From Candidatus Fervidifonticultor primus (GTDB lineage: Bacteria; Sysuimicrobiota; Sysuimicrobiia; Sysuimicrobiales; Humicultoraceae): a stretch of 64,000 bases of DNA. Below, piece by piece: positions 57,932 through 64,000 of this stretch (position 1 is its first letter; the number at the start of each line of letters is the position of its first letter). The notes under the pieces were generated by a model, which saw nothing but the letters and a program-made list of their open reading frames with translations, did no database searches and was not told the DNA's origin. Where the stretch lies: NCBI GenBank assembly GCA_031459855.1, contig JAVKHP010000001.1, positions 2,157,384-2,221,383 on the forward strand. Direction: 5' to 3'. The position numbers and the translations under genes are program-made.

Positions 57932-59425
57932 ATGAGCGCACAGGAGACCTCGAGCCAGGTATCGACGGCCACGGCGTGGACCCGCATCCTGCGGAAGATC
58001 GACGACTACCGCTGGGAGATCCCTACCAGCTACAAGCCGGGCATGCGGGTGCCGGGCCTGATCTTCGCCAGCGAGCGCATGCTCCGGCAGATGGGCGAGG
58101 AGCAGGCGTTCGAGCAGGTGGCGAACGTGGCCACGCTGCCGGGGATCGTGTGGCGGTCCCTGGCGATGCCCGACGTGCACTGGGGCTACGGTTTCCCCGT
58201 GGGCGGCGTCGCGGCCTTCGACGAGGAGGACGGCGTGATCTCGCCGGGCGGGGTGGGCTACGACATCAACTGCGGGGTCCGGCTGATCCGCACCGACCTC
58301 ACCGAGGACGACGTGCGCCCGCGCCTGGAGGAGCTGGTGGACACGCTGTTCCGCACGGTGCCGTCGGGTGTCGGCGTGGGCGGCAAGGTGAAGGTGAGCA
58401 TGCAGGAGATCGACGACGTGCTGGCGCGCGGCGCCCGGTGGGCCGTGGCCAAGGGCTACGGCACGCCCGACGACCTCGAGGTCATCGAGGCCGGTGGCGC
58501 GCTGCCCCAGGCCGACCCCGCCCAGGTCAGCGTCGAGGCCAAACAGCGGGGGCGCGGGCAGATCGGCACGCTGGGGTCGGGCAACCACTTCCTTGAGGTG
58601 CAGGTGGTCGACCAGATCTTCGACCCCGTCGCAGCGCGGGTGATGGGGTTGGAGGAGCCCGGGCAGGTGGTGATCTTCATCCACTCGGGCTCGCGGGGGC
58701 TGGGTCACCAGGTGTGCACCGACTACCTGCGGGTCGCCGAGCGGGCCAACCGGCAGTACAACATCCGGCTGGTGGACCGGCAGCTGGCCTGCGTACCGCT
58801 GCGCTCGCCCGAAGGCCAGCGGTACTTCGGGGCGATGTGCGCCGCGGCCAACTTCGCGTGGGCCAACCGTCAGCTCATGACGCACTGGGCCCGGGAGAGC
58901 TTCCAGCAGGTCTTCGGGAAGCCGTGGGAGGCCCTGGGCATGCGGCTGGTCTACGACGTGGCGCACAACATCGCCAAGCTCGAGGAGTACGAGGTCGAGG
59001 GCCAGCGCCGGCGCGTGTGTGTGCACCGCAAGGGCGCCACGCGGGCCTTCCCGCCAGGCCACCCTGAGGTGCCAGCCCGCTACCGTGCCATTGGCCAGCC
59101 GGTGCTCATCCCCGGCGACATGGGCCGGTACTCGTTCGTGCTGGTGGGCGCGCCGGGCGCGATGCAGGAGGCGTTCGGATCCACCTGCCACGGGGCCGGG
59201 CGCGTGCTGGGCCGCAAGGCGGCGGTGCGCCAGCTGGCAGGCCGCAACATCGCCGACGAACTGCGCCGGCAGGGGATCATCGTGCGCGCTCAGGACCCGC
59301 ACCTGCTGGCCGAGGAGGCCTCGCCGGCCTACAAGGACGTGGCCGACGTCGTGGCGGTCTGCCACGCTGCCGGGCTGAGCCGGCGGGTGGCGCGCCTGCG
59401 GCCTGTCGGGGTCATCAAGGGGTAG
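57932..59425 (+). CDS. rtcB: RNA 3'-phosphate ligase RtcB
   Basis: [41 protein letters not shown]. Confidence 0.93.
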   Translation: MSAQETSSQVSTATAWTRILRKIDDYRWEIPTSYKPGMRVPGLIFASERMLRQMGEEQAFEQVANVATLPGIVWRSLAMPDVHWGYGFPVGGVAAFDEEDGVISPGGVGYDINCGVRLIRTDLTEDDVRPRLEELVDTLFRTVPSGVGVGGKVKVSMQEIDDVLARGARWAVAKGYGTPDDLEVIEAGGALPQADPAQVSVEAKQRGRGQIGTLGSGNHFLEVQVVDQIFDPVAARVMGLEEPGQVVIFIHSGSRGLGHQVCTDYLRVAERANRQYNIRLVDRQLACVPLRSPEGQRYFGAMCAAANFAWANRQLMTHWARESFQQVFGKPWEALGMRLVYDVAHNIAKLEEYEVEGQRRRVCVHRKGATRAFPPGHPEVPARYRAIGQPVLIPGDMGRYSFVLVGAPGAMQEAFGSTCHGAGRVLGRKAAVRQLAGRNIADELRRQGIIVRAQDPHLLAEEASPAYKDVADVVAVCHAAGLSRRVARLRPVGVIKG

Positions 59426-59451
59426 AGCACGCGCCAGACAGGAGTGCGAGC

Positions 59452-60617
<1,166 letters not shown>

Positions 60618-60621
<4 letters not shown>

Positions 60622-62462
60622 CGGCGTCGACGTTTCGGGCGCGCCTGGCGCAGGGTCCCTTGCTGGCCGACGGCGCCATGGGCACGATGCTCTACGCCCG
60701 CGGGGTGCCCTTCGACCAGTGTTTCGACGCCGTCAACCTCACCGATCCCGCGCTCGTGGGCGCGATCCACCGGGCCTACGTCGATGCGGGCGCCGAGCTG
60801 CTGGAGACCAACACGTTCGGCGCCAACCGGTTGAAACTGGCAGCCCACGGGCTGGCCGACCGCGCCGCCGAGATCAACGCCACGGGGGTGGCCCTCGCCC
60901 GGGCTGCCGCCGGGGCAGCCGGCCGCCGGGTGTGGGTGGCGGGGTCGATGGGGCCCCTGGGCCGGCCGCTGGCGCCTCTGGGGACGGTGACCCTCGAGGA
61001 GGCGGCCGAGATCTTCAGCGCTCAGGCGCAGGCGCTGGCCCAGGCCGGGGCCGACGTGCTGGTGCTCGAGACGTTCGCCGACCTGCGGGAGCTGGAGACC
61101 GCGGTGCGGGCCGCACAGGCCGTCACCGACCTGCCCATCGTCGCCGAGATGACCTTCGGGCCCGATGGTCGGACGCTGCTGGGGCACACGCCCGAGGAGA
61201 TCGTCGCCCGGCTCGAGGCGCTGGGCGTGACGGCCCTGGGTGCCAACTGCAGCGTGGGGCCGTACGGCATCGTCGAGGTCCTCGAGCGCATGGCCGCTGT
61301 GGCCCGCACGCCGCTGGTCGCGATGCCCAACGCGGGTCTGCCTGCGGTCGTCGGCGGACGCCTGGCGTACGTGGCCTCGCCGGCGTACATGGCCGAGCAC
61401 GCGCGGGCGCTGGTCGAGCTGGGCGTGGCGATCGTGGGGGGCTGCTGCGGGACCACGCCGGAGCACATCGCGGCCATGGGCGAGGCCATCCGCGGCCGCG
61501 CGGCAGGCCCGCGTCCGCGGGCGGCCGTGCGCCCCGCGCCGCCCCCGCCTCCTGCGCCCCCACCGGAGCCCCGCAGCTCGCTCGCGCAGCGGCTGGGCAA
61601 GCGGTTCGTCGTGACGGTGGAGGTGACGCCGCCCCGCGGCGCGTACGACGCCGAGGCCCTGGAGCACTGCCGGCGGCTGCGCGCGGCCGGCGTCGACGCC
61701 ATCGACGTGGCTGACAACCCCATGGCCCGGTTGCGCATGAGCCCCTGGGCCATGGCCGCCCGCATCGAGCGCGAGGTCGGCGTCGAGACCATCCTGCACT
61801 TCACCACCCGCGACCGCAACCTGGTCCGCCTGCAGTCCGACCTGCTGGCTGTCCACGCGCTGGGCATTCGCACGCTGCTGGTCCTGCGGGGCGATCTCCC
61901 GCAGACCGGCGACTATCCCCGCGCCACGGCCGTCGCCGACGTGCAGCCCTCGGGCCTGGTGCGCCTGATCAAGGGGTTCAACAGCGGCCAGGACGTCGCC
62001 GGCAACTCGATCGGCACGCCCACCAGCTTCCTGGTCGGGGTCGCGCTCAACATGGCCGCACGGGACCTCGACCGCGAGCTGCGGGCGCTGGACCGCAAGC
62101 TCGCCGCGGGCGCCGACTTCGTCTGCACCATGCCCATCTTCGAGCCCGAGACCCTGGACCGGTTCCTGGCCCGCGTGGGCGCCCTGCCGGTGCCGATGCT
62201 GGTGGGCGTGCTGCCGCTGCACAGCGCCCGCCACGCCGAGTTCCTCCACAACGAGCTGCCGGGCATGGTCGTTCCCGAGGCGATCCGCACGCACATGCGG
62301 CAGGCGAAGGACGGGCGCGAGGCCGGCATGCGCCTGGCGCGCGAGCTGCTGGCCGCGCTGCGTCCGCGCGTGGCGGGCGTCTACTTCGTGCCGTCGTTTG
62401 GCCGCTACGACCGCGTGATCGAGCTGATCGCCGAGGTGCGGGCGGCGTCCCCGGCGCGGTAG
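60618..62462 (+). CDS. yitJ: bifunctional homocysteine S-methyltransferase / 5,10-methylenetetrahydrofolate reductase (YitJ-like)
   Basis: The N-half reads [12 protein letters not shown]...ETNTFGAN...[11 protein letters not shown]. The C-half is MetF-like (VEVTPPRG...HFTTRDRN). GTGA overlap with the upstream gene. Confidence 0.9.
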
Positions 62463-62539
62463 GGAGACGGCACCGTGCGCGGACCCAGGCTGGACGCTGT
62501 CGGCCGGCGGGCCGTGGCCGCCAGGGTCGGGTAGCCGCC

Positions 62540-63277
62540 GTGTCGCGCGAGGTCGGCGTCGAGGGACACCGCCGGATCCGGGCGCCGGTGCACCGCGTCT
62601 GGCAGCTACTCGCCCGGATCGAGTCCCTCCCGCGGTACTCGTCGCTGTGGATGGCCGCCGACGTGCTGGAGCGCTCGGGGAGCACGGCGCTGGTGGAGTT
62701 CCGCGGGTTCCTGGGCGGGCTGCCCGTGACCTCGGTGCAGCGGGTGACGCTGCGGGCGCCTACCCGGCTCGAGTTCCGACAGGTGCGGGGCGAACTGCTC
62801 CGGCTGTCGGGGAGCCTGACGCTGCAGGAGGTCGACGGCGAGACCGAGGTCACCTACCAGATCGCCACCGAGCCGGGCATCCCATTGTTCACCGAGACCT
62901 CGGTGCTGCAGATCCTGGCCGCGCACGTCGACGTGTTCCTGGCGCGCCTGAAGGCCACCGCCGAGCGCGACCTGGTGCGCGTCGTCGTGCGCCGGCGCGC
63001 GGCAGCGCAGGGCGTCGGTCCGGTGACCAGCCTGCCGCTGGAGGCCGAGGCCGACGAGGAGGAGGAAGGGCGGGGAGAGGACGGTGCGCAGCCCCCTGCA
63101 GCGGTCGGCGAGCGTGCGGGTGATGAGGAGGAAACGCCCGGCCCGCCCCAAACCGCGGGCGCCGTGCCCGCGGCCTCCGCTGGCGCGAGACCGCGCGGCC
63201 CGCAGGACCGACGCGGGCGGCGGCGCCGGCGGCGCCGCCGCCCGCACGCGCCACCCCACGCACCAGCCGGCGCGTAG
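62540..63277 (+). CDS. SRPBCC (START/polyketide-cyclase-like) domain protein with a long charged C-terminal tail
   Basis: ~150-aa domain (IRAPVHRVWQLLARIESLPRYSSLW...LTLQEVDGETEVTYQ), then an acidic stretch, then RRGRRRRRRRRPH. The tail may be read-through. Confidence 0.6.
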   Translation: MSREVGVEGHRRIRAPVHRVWQLLARIESLPRYSSLWMAADVLERSGSTALVEFRGFLGGLPVTSVQRVTLRAPTRLEFRQVRGELLRLSGSLTLQEVDGETEVTYQIATEPGIPLFTETSVLQILAAHVDVFLARLKATAERDLVRVVVRRRAAAQGVGPVTSLPLEAEADEEEEGRGEDGAQPPAAVGERAGDEEETPGPPQTAGAVPAASAGARPRGPQDRRGRRRRRRRRPHAPPHAPAGA

Positions 63278-63288
63278 TCGCCGGCGAG

Positions 63289-64000
63289 CTATGCGGGCAT
63301 GCGCCGGCGCGCCAGGCGTTCCAGCAGCTGCGCCGCCTGGCGCGTTGCCGCGGCCACGTTCTCCAGTTTGATGGCCTCGTAGCCGCGGATGCGGTCGGGC
63401 AGCTGGGCGATCTCCACGGCCACCGGGTAGGTCTCCGGGGTCAACTGGGCGAGCGCCTGCTCGAGCAGCTCGCGGTACCACGCGATCAACCGGCGCTCCT
63501 CGCGGCGCACCCGGGCGTACCCGAAGGGATCGAAGGGCGTGCCCCGCAGCCGTCGCATCGCCCGCAACAACCGCAGGAGGGGCAGCACCCAGGGTCCCAG
63601 CGCCAGCTTGCGCCGAAGCCCCAGGGCGCGCAGCAGCGGCGGGTGGAAGTGGAACACCACCCGCCGGGGGTGGGCGACGAGGCGGGCGATCTGCGCGCGG
63701 AACGCCGGCGTCAGGTACAGCCGGGCGACCTCGTACTCGTCCTTGTAGGCCATCAGCTTGAAGAGGTGGAAGATGACGGCCCGGGTGAGGGCGGTCCCGC
63801 CTGGCCGCACCGCCTGCTCGCGGGCGGCCACGCGCAGGACGACGTCGACGTACTGCTCAGCGTACCGCGGGTGCTGGTAGTCGATCAACTCGGCGATGCG
63901 GATCGCAAGCATCCGGCGCGACTCCGGATCGAGGTGCGCGCAGCGGTCCAGCAGCGCAATGTAGGCGGCAGCGGCGGGTGTCGTCCGGCCGTTCCGGGCG
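63289..64000 (-). CDS. indolepyruvate:ferredoxin oxidoreductase-family protein, C-terminal part (5' end outside the window)
   Basis: The ORF stays open to the window edge (..LDRCAHLDPESRRMLAIRIAELIDYQ..). The C-terminal region AYKDEYEVARLY...IRGYE is typical of fused IOR-like proteins. Confidence 0.75.
   Translation of the reverse strand, partial: ARNGRTTPAAAAYIALLDRCAHLDPESRRMLAIRIAELIDYQHPRYAEQYVDVVLRVAAREQAVRPGGTALTRAVIFHLFKLMAYKDEYEVARLYLTPAFRAQIARLVAHPRRVVFHFHPPLLRALGLRRKLALGPWVLPLLRLLRAMRRLRGTPFDPFGYARVRREERRLIAWYRELLEQALAQLTPETYPVAVEIAQLPDRIRGYEAIKLENVAAATRQAAQLLERLARRRMPA

Overview
This is a 64-kb, very high-GC chromosomal segment. Spot counts of 60-nt lines give about 75-77% G+C in typical genes. 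It is densely coding and mostly housekeeping. Gene content (split transketolase, SufU-type SUF system, YumC-type ferredoxin-NADP reductase, Bacillus-type cta genes, a SigB/F-type sigma factor) suggests a high-GC thermophilic Firmicute-like aerobe, but the taxon is inference only. Left to right the window holds: hpaB-hpaC-extradiol dioxygenase; an XRE/TPR regulator; hom-thrC-aspartate kinase; an orphan sigma factor; acs; an amidase; a fused heme A synthase/heme O synthase; a vapBC toxin-antitoxin pair; a ctaC-D-(E-like)-E-F oxidase operon; an MNT/HEPN-like fusion; small Nfu_N and basic-tail proteins; a 2-oxoacid dehydrogenase E1a/E1b/E2 operon; adenosine deaminase; sufC-B-D-Rieske-S-U; an orphan fused OppB/OppC-like permease; split transketolase; qor; a Rieske-nuoB-nuoD-nuoI-nuoC cluster followed by a membrane-anchored sulfite-oxidase-family Mo enzyme; lpd-bkdAA-bkdAB-bkdB-lipA; a roughly 2.3-kb lower-GC islet with decayed genes; FNR; MoeB/rhodanese; two Zn-ADHs-cupin-HesB/IscA-Nfu; rtcB; an acyl-CoA dehydrogenase; a YitJ-like HMT/MTHFR; an SRPBCC protein; and the 3' part of an indolepyruvate-oxidoreductase-like gene. 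I found no rRNA, tRNA, CRISPR array, transposase or integrase. The most unusual item is the stand-alone, re-ordered complex-I Q-module (NuoB/D/I/C) with its Rieske and molybdoenzyme neighbours. Other items worth a second look are a 3x20-bp tandem repeat of the Shine-Dalgarno region in front of sufB, a toxin-dead-looking MNT-HEPN fusion, the low-GC decay islet, and paired intergenic direct repeats. Many long Arg/Pro/Ala-rich ORFs in the six-frame track are high-GC shadow ORFs and were ignored. All function calls come from by-eye motif and family recognition; no database search was run.
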